Positions 51,904-64,000 of a DNA stretch of 64,000 bases are shown piece by piece. The position numbers and the translations under genes are program-made. This DNA comes from Eledone cirrhosa (taxonomy: Eukaryota). The stretch spans positions 50,902,001 to 50,966,000 of the forward strand of contig OZ024751.1 in assembly GCA_964016885.1 (NCBI GenBank), given 5' to 3'. Below the pieces are notes generated by a model. That model was not told the DNA's origin. It was given only the letters and a program-made list of their open reading frames with translations, and searched no databases. Every line of letters begins with the position of its first letter. The stretch's first letter is position 1.

Positions 51904-54400
51904 CCAGTCCACTCTATAAGGTGTTAGCACTGGTGCCATGCAAAAATCTCCCAGTCCACTCTATAAGGTGTCAGTACTGGTGCCATGCAAAAATCTCCCA
52001 GTCCACTCTATAAGGTGTTAGTACTGGTGCCATGCAAAAATCTCCCAGTCCACTCTATAAGGTGTTAGCACTGGTGCCATGCAAAAATCTCCCAGTCCAC
52101 TCTTTAAGGTGTTAGTACTGGTGCCATGCAAAAATCTCCCAGTCCACTCTATAAGGTGTTAGTACTGGTGCCATGCAAAAATCTTCCAGTCCACTCTATA
52201 AGGTGTTAGTACTGGTGCCATGCAAAAATCTTCCAGTCCACTCTATAAGGTGTTAGTACTGGTGCCATGCAAAAATCTCCCAGTCCACTCTATAAGGTGT
52301 CAGTACTGGTGCCATGCAAAAATCTCCCAGTCCACTCTATAAGGTGTTAGTACTGGTGCCATGCAAAAATCTCCCAGTCCACTCTATAAGGTGTTAGTAC
52401 TGGTGCCATGCAAAAATCTCCCAGTCCACTCTATAAGGTGTTAGTACTGGTGCCATGCAAAAATCTCCCAGTCCACTCTATAAGGTATCAGTACTGGTGC
52501 CATGCAAAAATCTCCTAGTCCACTCTATAAGGTGTTAGTACTGGTGCCATGCAAAAATCTCCCAGTCCACTCTTTAAGGTGGTGTTAGTACTGGTGCCAT
52601 GCAAATATCTCCCAGTCCACTCTATAAGGTGTTAGTACTGGTGCCATGCAAAAATCTCCCAGTCCACTCTATAAGGTGTTAGTACTCGTGCCATGCAAAA
52701 ATCTCCCAGTCCACTCTATAAGGTGTTAGTATCGGTGCCATGCAAAAATCTCCCAGTCCACTCTATAAGGTGTTAGTACTGGTGCCATGCAAAAATTTTC
52801 CAGTCCACTCTATAAGGTGTTAGTACTGGTGCCATGCAAAAATCTTCCAGTCCACTCTATAAGGTGTTAGTGCTGGTGCCATGCAAAAATCTTCCAGTCC
52901 ACTCTATAAGGTGTTAGTACTGGTGCCATGCAAAAATCTCCCAGTCCACTCTATAAGGTGTTAGTACTGGTGCCATGTAAAAATCTCCCAGTCCACTCTA
53001 TAAGGTGTCAGTACTGGTGCCATGCAAAAATCTTCCAGTCCACTCTATAAGGTGTTAGCACTGGTGCCATGCAAAAATCTCCCAGTCCACTCTATAAGGT
53101 GTTAGTACTGGTGCCATGCAAAAATCTCCCAGTCCACTCTATAAGGTGTTAGCACTGGTGCCATGCAAAAATCTCCCAGTCCACTCTTTAAGGTGTTAGC
53201 ACTGGTGCCATGCAAAAATCTCCCAGTCCACTCTTTAAGGTGTTAGTACTGGTGCCATGCAAAAATCTTCCAGTCCACTCTATAAGGTGTTAGTACTGGT
53301 GCCATGCAAAAATCTCCCAGTCCACTCTATAAGGTGTTAGTACTGGTGCCATGCAAAAATCTCCCAGTCCACTCTATAAGGTGTTAGTACTGGTGCCATG
53401 CAAAAATCTCCCAGTCCACTCTATAAGGTATCAGTACTGGTGCCATGCAAAAATCTCCTAGTCCACTCTATAAGGTGTTAGTACTGGTGCCATGCAAAAA
53501 TCTCCCAGTCCACTCTATAAGGTGTCAGTACTGGTGCCATGCAAAAATCTCCCAGTCCACTCTTTAAGGTGTTAGTACTGGTGCCATGCAAAAATCTCCC
53601 AGTCCACTCTATAAGGTGTTAGTACTGGTGCCATGCAAAAATCTCCCAGTCCACTCTATAAGGTGTTAGTATTGGTGCCATGCAAAAATCTCCCAGTCCA
53701 CTCTATAATGTGTTAGTACTGGTGCCATGCAAAAATCTCCCAGTCCACTCTATAAGGTGTCAGTACTGGTGCCATGCAAAAATCTCCCAGTCCACTCTAT
53801 AAGGTGTTAGTACTGGTGCCATGCAAAAATCTTCCAGTCCACTCTATAAGGTGTTAGTACTGGTGCCATGCAAAAATCTTCCAGTCCCCTCTATAAGGTG
53901 TTAGTACTGGTGCCATGCAAAAATCTTCCAGTCCACTCTATAAGGTGTCAGTATTGGTGCCATGCAAAAATCTCCCAGTCCACTCTATAAGGTGTTAGTA
54001 CTGGTGCCATGCAAAAATCTTCCAGTCCACTCTATAAGGTGTTAGTACTGGTGCCATGCAAAAATCTCCCAGTCCACTCTATAAGGTGTCAGTATTGGTG
54101 CCATGCAAAAATCTCCCAGTCCACTCTATAAGGTGTCAGTATTGGTGCCATGCAAAAATCTCCCAGTCCACTCTATAAGGTGTTAGTACTGGTGCCATGC
54201 AAAAATCTTCCAGTCCACTCTATAAGGTGTTAGTACTGGTGCCATGCAAAAATCTCCCAGTCCACTCTATAAGGTGTTAGTACTGGTGCCATGCAAAAAT
54301 CTTCCAGTCCACTCTATAAGGTGTTAGTACTGGTGCCATGCAAAAATCTCCCAGTCCACTCTATAAGGTGTCAGTACTGGTGCCATGCAAAAATCTCCCA
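51904..54400. repeat. 47-bp satellite, ~53 copies, in a CNPY2 intron
   Basis: Unit ccagtccactctataaggtgttagtactggtgccatgcaaaaatctc; no spacers. Confidence 0.97.
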
Positions 54401-54658
54401 GGAGACACTATAATTTGGTTGGCATTAGGAAGGGCATCCAGCCATAGAAAACCCAAGCCAAAATCTGATCATATGAGCAAGATGTGGTCACTTGACCAGT
54501 CTGGCCATAACATGACAACCCCTGTAACCTATGCAATCATGGAAATAGACACTAAACTGTGTTGATGATGATGATGATTTTGGTTACCATGGTACTTTAA
54601 AAATTATTTACTGAATTAAATTCATCTGAGATTGTACCTTAGATTAGAGTTCTCTTAC

Positions 54659-54791
54659 CTGCACACTTCATCTCTTCAATGTTTGACTTAGCCTCCACCA
54701 CTGAAATTTGTTGTAGCAGTAGTAGTAGTACTAGTAACACAGACAATAGCATGGACAGTAGCCATGATGACTTAGACGTTAAGTACTGCAT
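54659..54791 (-). CDS. CNPY2: Canopy-2-like coding exon 1 (signal peptide)
   Basis: ttacag|ATG start and gtaag donor; MQYLTSKSSWLLSMLLSVLLVLLLLLQQISVVEAKSNIEEMKCA; the five exons join in frame to 738 bp (245 aa). Confidence 0.88.
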
Positions 54792-55004
54792 CTGTAATTA
54801 GATTAACAAATGATGAGATGTCACAACATGAATACTTTAATGTTCCTATGTCACAACATGGATACTTTAATGTCCCTATGTCATAACATGGATACTTTAA
54901 TGTCACAACAACAACAATTTAATTATACACAATATCACAGCTGAACTTTGTTATCATTACATCACAGTATTAAGAATTTAATATTTTGACACACATATAT
55001 ATAT

Positions 55005-55381
55005 CTAGTGTCATGCTGGTGGCTCTACAAAATAGCACCCAGTCCACCTTGCAAGGTGGTAGTGTTGGTGTCATTGAAAAAGCACCCAGCCCCCTTTGTA
55101 AGGTAGTTGTGCTAGTATCATGACAAAAAGCACCCAGTAAGGTTGTAGTGTTGGTGCCATGAAAAAAAGTACTCAGTCCACCATGTAAAATGGTTGTACT
55201 GGTGACAAGACAAAAAGTATTCAGTCCACCCCTTGTAAAGAGGTTGGCATTAGGAAGAACATTCTGCTGTAGAAAACCAAGTCAAAATCAAGATGTGGTC
55301 ACTTGACCTGTCTGGCCTCTTGTCAGCTTATGTAACCAATGCAAGCAAGGAAAATAGACGTTAAATAATGGTGATGATGAT
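55005..55381 (+). mobile_element. RTE-related SINE/3'-UTR element with diverged ~46-bp internal repeats
   Basis: About 5 units gtgctggtgccat.aaaaagcacccagtcca, then gttggcattaggaag...(GAT)n. Confidence 0.7.
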
Positions 55382-57279
55382 ACACACATACACATATATG
55401 TATATAAGCTGTCCCACAGAGAGAGAATATGATGCATGGTTTTAACTACAGTAAAGTTGATGAAACCCAACAAAGCTGAAATCCCAATCTTTCAGTTGTT
55501 ATACACATATTCTGTATAGATGTCATATAATACCAACATTGTTTTAGAAGTAGACTAGAAATACTTTTAATTATAGAATTAGTTCATTCATGTGTTGGTT
55601 GTATAGTGTATTGAGAATGACAGGGAGGAAAAGAGACTACTCCCAACTTACTCAACAGAGGGACCAGCTATTGAAATTGATAGTTATATAGCCAAAGAAG
55701 CAATGAAGGAGATAAAGTCACAGGACCATCAGAGATAGTTGCGGAGATGCTGAAAACATCAGAAGTAGGAGCCAAACTAGTAACCTGCATAGTCAATCAG
55801 GTAATACAGGACGAAGTCATACCGACCAGGAAATCCCAGTAGAGATAGACCAAAGACCTGGGTGTAGATTGTGAGAGCTGATCTCAGATCGCTGAGATTC
55901 ACATAGGAAATAACGAAGGTACACGATGAGTGGAGAGATGCTGTGCTGAAAAGGACCTGTCCAACCCATGCGAGTATAGGAAACGGACGTAAAAATGATG
56001 ATGATGTCTAACTACTTGCCTGCTGTTGTTTTGCCCCAGGTCAGTCTTGATGTAATAAGACCTATGACCAACACGAATTTGAGTTATAACTATCTTTCCC
56101 AAACATAGGATATCTGTATCTAGGTCTACACTGTGTTTCCTTTCATCAGAAGTTACAGTGCATCTGAGAGAGATTTCGTTGGCTTGTCAATCGGTCTACA
56201 TGTTTGACATTTGTCTATCGATATACCTATTTGTACGTGTGTTTATCTGTCTTTAAATCTACCTACCTTTGTCTATCTATCTAATAATATGAGATGACAG
56301 AGTAGATTTCTTTAAATCATTTAATCTATCAACTTATCTCTCTGCCTAACTGCTTATCTATCTACTTATCTCATTATTTACCTGCCCATTTATCTATTTA
56401 TTTAAATATGGAAGAGGCTATGTAGCTGGTAAGAGTGTCAGACTCCATGAGTTGGGGCCCGAGTTTAGACAATTTGAAATCTTTTCCACCCTCAATTGTT
56501 AAAAAACAAGTTAAAATCATTTAGTCGTCCATTCGTAACGTACGTTACCCTTTAGTTACATACATCTACACATAAACAGATACAGACAACAGAAGGGCCT
56601 GGTGAAACATTATGCGTGTTACGTTCGTTTAGGGTTTACCAGCTACATAACCCATTCATTTAAATATCTGTTTACTTATTTCTGTCTACCGGCTTGTCTA
56701 TCTATTTATTTTTCTGTCTTCCTGCTTATCTATCAATCTCTCCATTCATTTATGAATCTATCTAGCATTCAATGTCCTTTCCCTATAAATGTGTGTGTGT
56801 GATCTAGCCCTTTACATGCAAATACACCATTAAACCACACACACACGTGCGCGTGTGTGAATCTATCACATTATATGTAAATACGCAATCAAAGCACAAC
56901 ACACGCGTGTCTGTGTATGTACGATTTCATTCCACATTGTGACATAGAAGTGACAACAAAATCAGACGCCGAAAAGTGTCAACAGAAACTCTTTAATACA
57001 CAAATGCCTTACAGAGAACGATAAACATATTAAACAATCACATATATATGCGTATACACACACACATATATATTTATAGTTTGATGACACTAATAATTTA
57101 TATGTGATATTTAATACGTACCTCTAAATAAATAAATATATCACTTCAGAGGAAAGCCGCTGTTGTTGTGCGTGTATGTATATATATCTGTGTGTGTTTA
57201 TTTCTATACACACACATATATATATAGAGATTTATATATATATATATATATGACACCGATGCCGTTAGTTCTGAGTCGG

Positions 57280-57298
57280 CGTGGCTAACGCTGATTGG
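57280..57298 (-). promoter_or_regulatory. ER stress response element (ERSE) in the putative CNPY2 promoter
   Basis: Minus strand CCAAT-CAGCGTTAG-CCACG (exactly N9); ETS-like CCGGAAGT at 57325-57332; (TA)n run downstream; candidate non-coding exon donor GAG|gtacgt at 57122/57121. Confidence 0.75.
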
Positions 57299-57485
57299 AT
57301 TCAGGGGCAGATAACTAAGCACGAACTTCCGGTAGAAGCTGCTGCTAGTCGGCGTTTCTCCGTTATCAGATGTATTTTACTCAATCTTCTCAACTATTAA
57401 AATGAACGATTATGTCTATTATTTTGCTAATTTGCATTGGGGCGCACACATTTCAAATTCTAAAATCAACCGCTTTATTTTTATG

Positions 57486-57738
57486 GGCACTGGTTTGTTT
57501 TTGTCTGTCAAAAGTGAAAGTTTGCGTCTCAGCAAGCGGTGAACCCCGCCTACAGTTCCTCCCGTAATAATATATTTACAGTTAGGGACGAGCTAAACAT
57601 ACAGAGAATAAAAAAATTGAACAGAGAAGAAAAATATTGTGATTTCACTTTACGGATATAAACGACGGGACTAGTTATAGTTCACCGCTTGCTGAGACGC
57701 AAACTTTCACTTTTGACAGACAAAAACAAACCAGTGCC
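57486..57738. mobile_element. Merlin-like MITE
   Basis: Perfect 59-bp TIRs starting GGCAC; 8-bp TSD tttttatg on both sides. Confidence 0.85.
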
Positions 57739-58369
57739 TTTTTATGTTTTTTTTTTCGTTATTTTTGTTTATCATTGTTGTTTGAGGTTTTATTGATGTT
57801 GTTCATGCCTTCGGTGCACCAGGTTGATAATGATGTTGGTATTGATGTCTACAGTTGCTGATGATAATGGAGGCATTGTACATGTCACCAAGGATTCGTG
57901 ATATTAGTTGTCAGTGCTCCTCTATTCCCAGACTACTTATCAATGGTGCACCACCAGATTTAGAAATAAAGTTTATAAAAAAATCCATGAAATACATTCA
58001 TTGTGATGGAGGGTCCTTCTAGAATGTTCTGAAGCACTCCCAATGCCATACTTAGAGATAATTGTTATCATTCTATTGCCTATGACTATTCTGAGCTTGA
58101 TAATCCTGTCACTTATTCTAACTACATTACCTTATCTGTCAACTATTAGAATGCCTAATCTAGCTACCTCATCGACATTTCCCACCCAGAAAAGAATATA
58201 TCAGACTTGTCAACTTTCCCCGTCCGACGCGTGGGTGTGAGATGTCTTCTCTTGTGAAAATGGGTATAGCTTTCATTATGTAAAATCTCCCCATTTTGCT
58301 TCATTTCTCCCCGTTTTGAGGCACCTTTTTTTCATGGCACTCGCGATTGGGTGTTTAGAGGTTGGCAGT

Positions 58370-58452
<83 letters not shown>

Positions 58453-59479
58453 TAAACAATGAAATAAACACAAAGAACAAGTTCTTTATATTAAAAAATT
58501 CATCATTTTACGATCGTTTCTGGGATGTATATCATATAGATCTATGTAAAAATATTACAAATTATCAGAGGAAATATACATACCTTCACATATACATGCT
58601 GTCCTCAGAAATGATGGATTGGACACTACCGTATATTTTGGTAGACTTATCTACATATATATATATATATATATATATACATTGTTTTCGTGTGAGTAGT
58701 CATGTTAAAATAATAACTAGACTTTAAAAAGTTTTCAAGGTGGTGTTCTAGCATGGCCTTTTATCAAATGACTGAAGCCAGTAAAAGATTAAAAGATTGT
58801 AGTAGGGATAATGAAATAAAATACTGCGAGTCCTAAGCCTAGAACCTACAGATTGAAGGATACTATCATCTAAAAGAGTTGTTTCCCTTGAAAAAACAAA
58901 ACAAAATTGTGTGACTATGTGCTTCAGTCTGACATCTTGAACTATAGACTGGGATTCATGAATAATTCGTGAGTGAAATTTGTTGTACAGAAACTCTAAC
59001 CGTCCCACAGACACACTCACAAAGGTAGATAGCAATTACATCATGGAAGAGTCGGTTTAGCCACGAGACATATGGAGGATATCGAATTCTATGTTTTTGT
59101 GTTTGTGTGCGCGATCGATGTTATCATTAGTAGCATTTACAATAGTAGCATGGTTATAATAGTGATATAAAGGCATATACAATATATTTATATATAATAA
59201 ACACACAAGAGTCTCGTTATGAAGATTCTAAGCTGTGATCATATCACAACTATCTCCAGGCAATGTTTAAAATATACTTACACTAAATGTTAGATAACTC
59301 AATCAAACAACCATAGACTTAGCTCCCTTATTAGCCGATCTTAAAAATACCTATATAGAAATTTGTATAGCTATATCATCATAATTTTGCGTCCGCTGTA
59401 CCACACTTGCATGGGTTTATAAATAAGTAAATAAATATATTAACGGAGTTAAATATTCATTAAAAATAGCAGGCTAGAC

Positions 59480-60245
59480 TGGAAATACCAGTTATATTAT
59501 GTTGTTTACCAAAGCTATGATGTGCACTGCACATGTGTGAGCCACACAAATACTGTTGTGGAGCTGTTACCAATGGGTTCAGCCTGCACCCTCTATCATG
59601 TTTCCTGAGCACAGGCCAGTTCCCCTGACATGACACTCTAAACAACACAATGAGAAGGAATCTAGACACAGCCAGCTTCCCATCACAAGTGGAGCCAGCA
59701 GGCCTTGACCGTGGAGGCAGCAAGTGCCTTAATAGAATTACCCTCTTCCCATTCAAGTGAGGTAAATCCCTTATCTGGGAGGCGACATGCTGCAACACGT
59801 TCTCTGCGTTAACCACCTGCCCTGGTACCGCAGCCCACATTGCAGAGGACAGGAAGATAAGAAAATACCGAGGCTTGTCCAGTCACTTCCATATTGCACT
59901 GGCTGTTGTTGAGACCTCAGGCATCCTCAAACCCCATACAGCTGACCTCTGTAAAATCAGAATAACAGCAGCCCATCTAAAGAAGGAGTCCTGTGAGGTG
60001 GGTTGGCTGTTACAGCGAGTCTCTGCAACATTACCTTTGTCATTTTGTTCATTGGGCACAGCTGAAACACCACTGATTTAGGTGTAGAATCTGTCATGCT
60101 CTCTCCTTTCTCTCTTTCCTTTGTTGCTAAATATTCCCTGTTCTTTCCCTTCTTTTCCTATTATTTATAGTCTTTTGCAATGCTACTTTCGTTTTCCCTT
60201 TGTTTGACTAAATATCAAATACTTTATTATTTTTATGTAATTTTA
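59480..60245 (+). mobile_element. Degenerate CRE-like (restriction-like endonuclease) non-LTR retrotransposon 3' fragment
   Basis: Frame from 59521: YCCG...HPLSC...GQFP*HDTLN...PSQVEPAGLDRGGSK...ITLFPFK*GKSLIWEATCCNT...AAHIAEDRKIRKY...VETSG (CCHC knuckle + RLE). Confidence 0.75.
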
Positions 60246-60689
60246 TCCTAGAAATAAATTATCTCAGAACAGGAATTAATAGCCAATTATCAAAAGAATA
60301 ATATTACAAGTTGCAGTCTTTGATTTTTACAGACGGATTACTTGATCTAATGACTTTAATCTTGTGGATATATATATATATATAGGTAATAATATAATAA
60401 TACAAACAAGGCAGAGAACAAAGGATAGATCGATAGAGAGACAGAAAGATAGACAAACATACACACACACATATATATATATATATATACACATTTATAT
60501 ATTTATTAATATATTTAATCTGTTATTTTAATAAATATTTGCTCTACAATTCTTATATATTTGATATATATTTATCCTTATCGAGCCCTCTTTGGATTTT
60601 AGTCTTCAAATTTATTATTATTACTATACATTTATATATATATATTTACACACACACACACATATATATATACATATATATATACATAT

Positions 60690-61154
60690 AGGGAAACAAG
60701 AAAGAGGCAGCTAGAGCAAGATATAAGCAAACTGGGTGAGACAGATTGTGTCAGGAATACAGAAGCAGAGATATGCAGAAAAGGAATAGCCTATATGACA
60801 TACACAATAAAAATCTTGGGTACACAAGAGGTGTAGTGGGATTGTTGGCAGAATAACAGGAAAGGAAGACTTTGTATGTAATAGGTGCCACAGGTGAAAT
60901 TGATAGTAAGAGCATCAGTGATATAAACATTTCCCAATCACATGAAAGATCCATAGAAGTGGTTGATAGCTTCTGCTACCTAGGAGATCTAATTATCAGT
61001 GGAGGAGTGTGGTTCGAGAGCACAGTAGCTAGAATAAGGATAGAATGGAAGAAGTTTAGAGAACTACTCCCTCTGTTGACAACAAAATGTTTCTCCCTTC
61101 CCACACTTGCAAGCAAAGAAAAGTGGACGTAAAATGATGATGATGATGATGATG

Positions 61155-61155
<1 letters not shown>
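60690..61155 (+). mobile_element. Degenerate RTE fragment joined directly to the 3' tail
   Basis: IEVVDSFCYLGD...WKKFRELLPLLTTKCFSL joined to cccacacttgcaagc...(GAT)n. Confidence 0.75.
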
Positions 61156-61186
<31 letters not shown>

Positions 61187-61269
61187 ATTGTACACTGACT
61201 GTAATGGTATGATTATAGATGGTTAATCGGATATAGATATGTGTGTATATACATATATATATATATATA

Positions 61270-61745
61270 CAAAGTAAAACCTACTAGTCAGTAGGCATCT
61301 CTAACAAAATACACCCCCGTCACACCCCATCCACACCGCCCCCTTCAATGCAAAGTTATGTTGGTGCCGAAACAAACGAGATCGTGTAGGTGTCACGACA
61401 AAAAAACACACAGTCCACGCTGTAATGTGACCGTGTAGGCAACACGGTAAAAACCTCCCAGTCCCACACTGTAAATGTGGTTGGTGTTAGGAAGGGCATC
61501 CAGCTGTAGAAAACACGCCAGACAGTCCACGCTGTAATGTGACCGAGTAGGCAACACGGTAAAAACCTCCCAGCCCCACACTGTAAATGTGGTTGGTGTT
61601 AGGAAGGGCATCCAGCTGTAGAAAACACGCCAGACAGTCCTATGCGAGCAAGACAACCACTCTTGCCTCAAGTGGGAAAACCCCCGTCCAAACCCAAGCA
61701 AGCATGGAACAGGGACGTTAAACGATGATGATGATGATGATGATA
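61270..61745 (+). mobile_element. RTE family B 3'-UTR-only insertion
   Basis: Matches the 3' UTR of 35192-35700 in reverse; (GAT)n tail. Confidence 0.88.
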
Positions 61746-61756
61746 TATATATTTAT

Positions 61757-62740
61757 TTCGTTTCTGAATTTGTTTAGCAAGATTCTTTATCTGAAAACGT
61801 GTGTTGAAACCGATATTGTTATACTTTGGGAGGGTCATGTTGCCAATAAGAAACACATGCACCAGTTGCTTTTACTCGAATTTATTATAAATTAAATTTA
61901 TAAATTTAAAAATTTGTAAATTTCCCGTTGCTTGGTTGGTTCCACATATATTGTCAAAATTCTTTCATCACACATTCTGTGACCTCTTCAGTGAATGGGG
62001 ATTCTTTTCTTTGTTTTGTGCCTCTCCTTTGTTCTGTCCTATGCCATCTTTGAGAGACAATGCAAAGATAAGAATATAGTGTACATAGGTGAGATAGCTC
62101 GTAGTATAGGAGAACGATTAAATGAACACTGGCGAGAGCATCAAGATAGAAAAGAATCATCAGTACTCCAACATGCTAAAATAAAACATAAGGGCAAATT
62201 AGAGAACATAGAAATAAAAATAAAATCTACACACAGAAAAGACGCAATGTTTAGACAAATCACAGAGGCAATAAACATAAATGAACTCCAACCAAAATTA
62301 AATAGAAAACATGAATGGAATAGCAACATCACAACTTACAATTAAGGACAAAATGAAAACACACACACATAGAACAAACAACCACCTAGTAACATGTAAA
62401 TAAACAAATAAATAAACAAATAAAAACACACACAGACACCCGGATGTAACACATGCACAAACTAAGCACACAACACACACAAAAACAAGATGGCATAGGA
62501 CAGAACAAAGGAGAAGCACAAAACAAAGAAAAGAATCCCCAGTCACTGAAGAGGTCACAGAATGTGTGACGAAAGAACTTTGACACTATATGAACAACTA
62601 TCCGGTTGTGGAACCAACCAACCAACCGGAAATTTACAAATTTCTTAAATCTTTAAAATTTAATTTATAATAAATTGGAGTGAAAGCAACTGGTGCATGT
62701 GTTTCTTATTGGCAACATGACCCTCCCAAAGTATAACAAT
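61757..62740 (+). mobile_element. Penelope-like element: inverted pseudo-LTR (61757-62047) + GIY-YIG 3' fragment + pseudo-LTR
   Basis: QCKDKNIVYIGEIARSIGERLNEH...; same family as 21845-22863; an inverted 5' piece is typical of PLE insertions. Confidence 0.9.
62541..62584 (+). ncRNA. Minimal hammerhead ribozyme, second copy (decayed third copy at 61953-61995, -)
   Basis: GUCA-CUGAAGA-g-GUCACA(gaaug)UGUGAC-GAAA-GAAC-UU-UGAC. Confidence 0.7.
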
Positions 62741-62753
62741 ATATATATAGATA

Positions 62754-62786
<33 letters not shown>

Positions 62787-63339
62787 GGCGAGAGTGAGAG
62801 AGAGAAACAGACAGAGACAAAGAATGAGATAAATATAGATATAATGGGAGGAAGGGAGCGGGTAATTTATTGATCCCATGATAAACAATATATGATCAAT
62901 TGAAAAATATGTTGAAAGCAGATGGCAAAGAGTTTAACACATTTTAATAGAATCATAGTTTATTGTGTAAGTGTGTGTATATATATGTGTGTGTGGATGG
63001 TGGAATTGGTGGTAGTGATAGTGGCCGTGGTGAGGGTGGTGGTGGTGAGTGGAAAGAGGATGGGTGTCAGTGGGGTATGGGTTATGTGAACCATTAATAA
63101 TTGAAGACGAAAGGAAAAAAAAAACATCTATTGTTTTCTTGTTTTCCTCTTTACTCTCAAAGAAAGAAACGTTTGGTGGGGTAGGGTAGGGTGGGTGGTT
63201 TTTGATACTTGAAATGGTGGTGTAGGGATTAGGGTGGTCAACAGGAAATAAGAGGAGAGAGATGAAACCAAAACAAGGGTGAGAGGAGGAAAGAAGAGGG
63301 TATGAAAATATGTGGTAGCAACAAGATGATGGGAGGTGG

Positions 63340-63585
63340 GTTGTGGCAGTGGTGGTGGATGTGGAGGTGGTTGAGGTGGCGGTGGTGGTGGTGGAGGTGA
63401 TGATGGTGGTGGTGGTGGAGTTGGTGGAGTTGGCGGTGGTGGTGGTGGAGGTGATGATGGTGGTGGTGGTGGAGTTGGCGGTGGTGGTGGTGGTGGAGGT
63501 GATGATGGTGGAGGTGGTGGTGGTGGTGGTGGAGGTGGCGGTGGTGGTGGTGGTGGTGGAGGAGGTGGTGGAGGTGGTGGTGGTA
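63340..63585. repeat. (GGT)n repeat
   Basis: Seen directly. Confidence 0.92.
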
Positions 63586-64000
63586 GGTAAAGGTCTAGAG
63601 TTAATAAAGATGATTGTGTGATTCGGAGAAACAAAGTATGCAGGGGTGGAGTTAGGTCAATAGTGTAAGAGTTGACAACATGCATGTGTGTGTGTGTGTG
63701 CATACATGTATGTATGTATATGTGTATGTGAGTGCATACATGTATATATATGTGTGTATGTGATGTGTGTATGTATGTGTGTGTGCAATTTCTTGGGGTG
63801 GTGGAATGATTAAATCGACCCTAGTGCATTACTGGTACTTTATTTTATCAACCCTGTAAGGATAAAAGGCAACGCTAACCTCACCAGGATTTGAACTCAG
63901 AACATAAAGAGCCAGAACAAATAGTGCGAAACATTTGTCTAGCATGGAGTTATGCCCTTTACAGTCTGAGTTCAAATCCCGCCGAGGTTAACTTTGCCTT

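Noticed and set aside
51904-54400. CRISPR-like array
   Set aside because: Head-to-tail repeats with no unique spacers, no cas genes, and located in a eukaryotic intron
59626-59760. In-frame TGA codons as selenocysteine or readthrough
   Set aside because: They fall where Arg is expected and other catalytic motifs are also decayed, so CpG mutation is the simpler explanation
63128-63703. Proline-rich ORF
   Set aside because: Translation of a (GGT)n repeat; no splice or domain support

Overview
AT-rich, microsatellite-dense animal genomic DNA; the SINE/RTE/microsatellite landscape suggests an octopod cephalopod (inference). A 200-N scaffold gap lies at 31382-31581. Three host genes are supported: four minus-strand exons of a PTPN9/MEG2-like Sec14 (CRAL-TRIO) domain phosphatase (1090-8071), an ODF3/SHIPPO-repeat gene with an uninterrupted CDS (33616-34395, +), and a complete five-exon Canopy-2-like ER protein (46643-54791, -) with a perfect ERSE (CCAAT-N9-CCACG) upstream. 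The rest is mostly mobile DNA. It includes at least three RTE-clade LINE families, all with a PHD finger inserted inside the RT region, Penelope-like GIY-YIG elements with minimal hammerhead ribozymes, CR1 and CRE-like relics, SINEs, and Tc1/mariner-, piggyBac-, hAT- and Merlin-like MITEs. The most striking structure is a ~14 kb pile-up of eight retroelement pieces (10280-24260) separated only by expanded variants of one (TA)n target motif. A 47-bp satellite appears to have grown out of a retroelement 3' repeat. Most long ORFs in the supplied track are microsatellite artefacts. All family assignments come from recognising motifs by eye; no searches were run.
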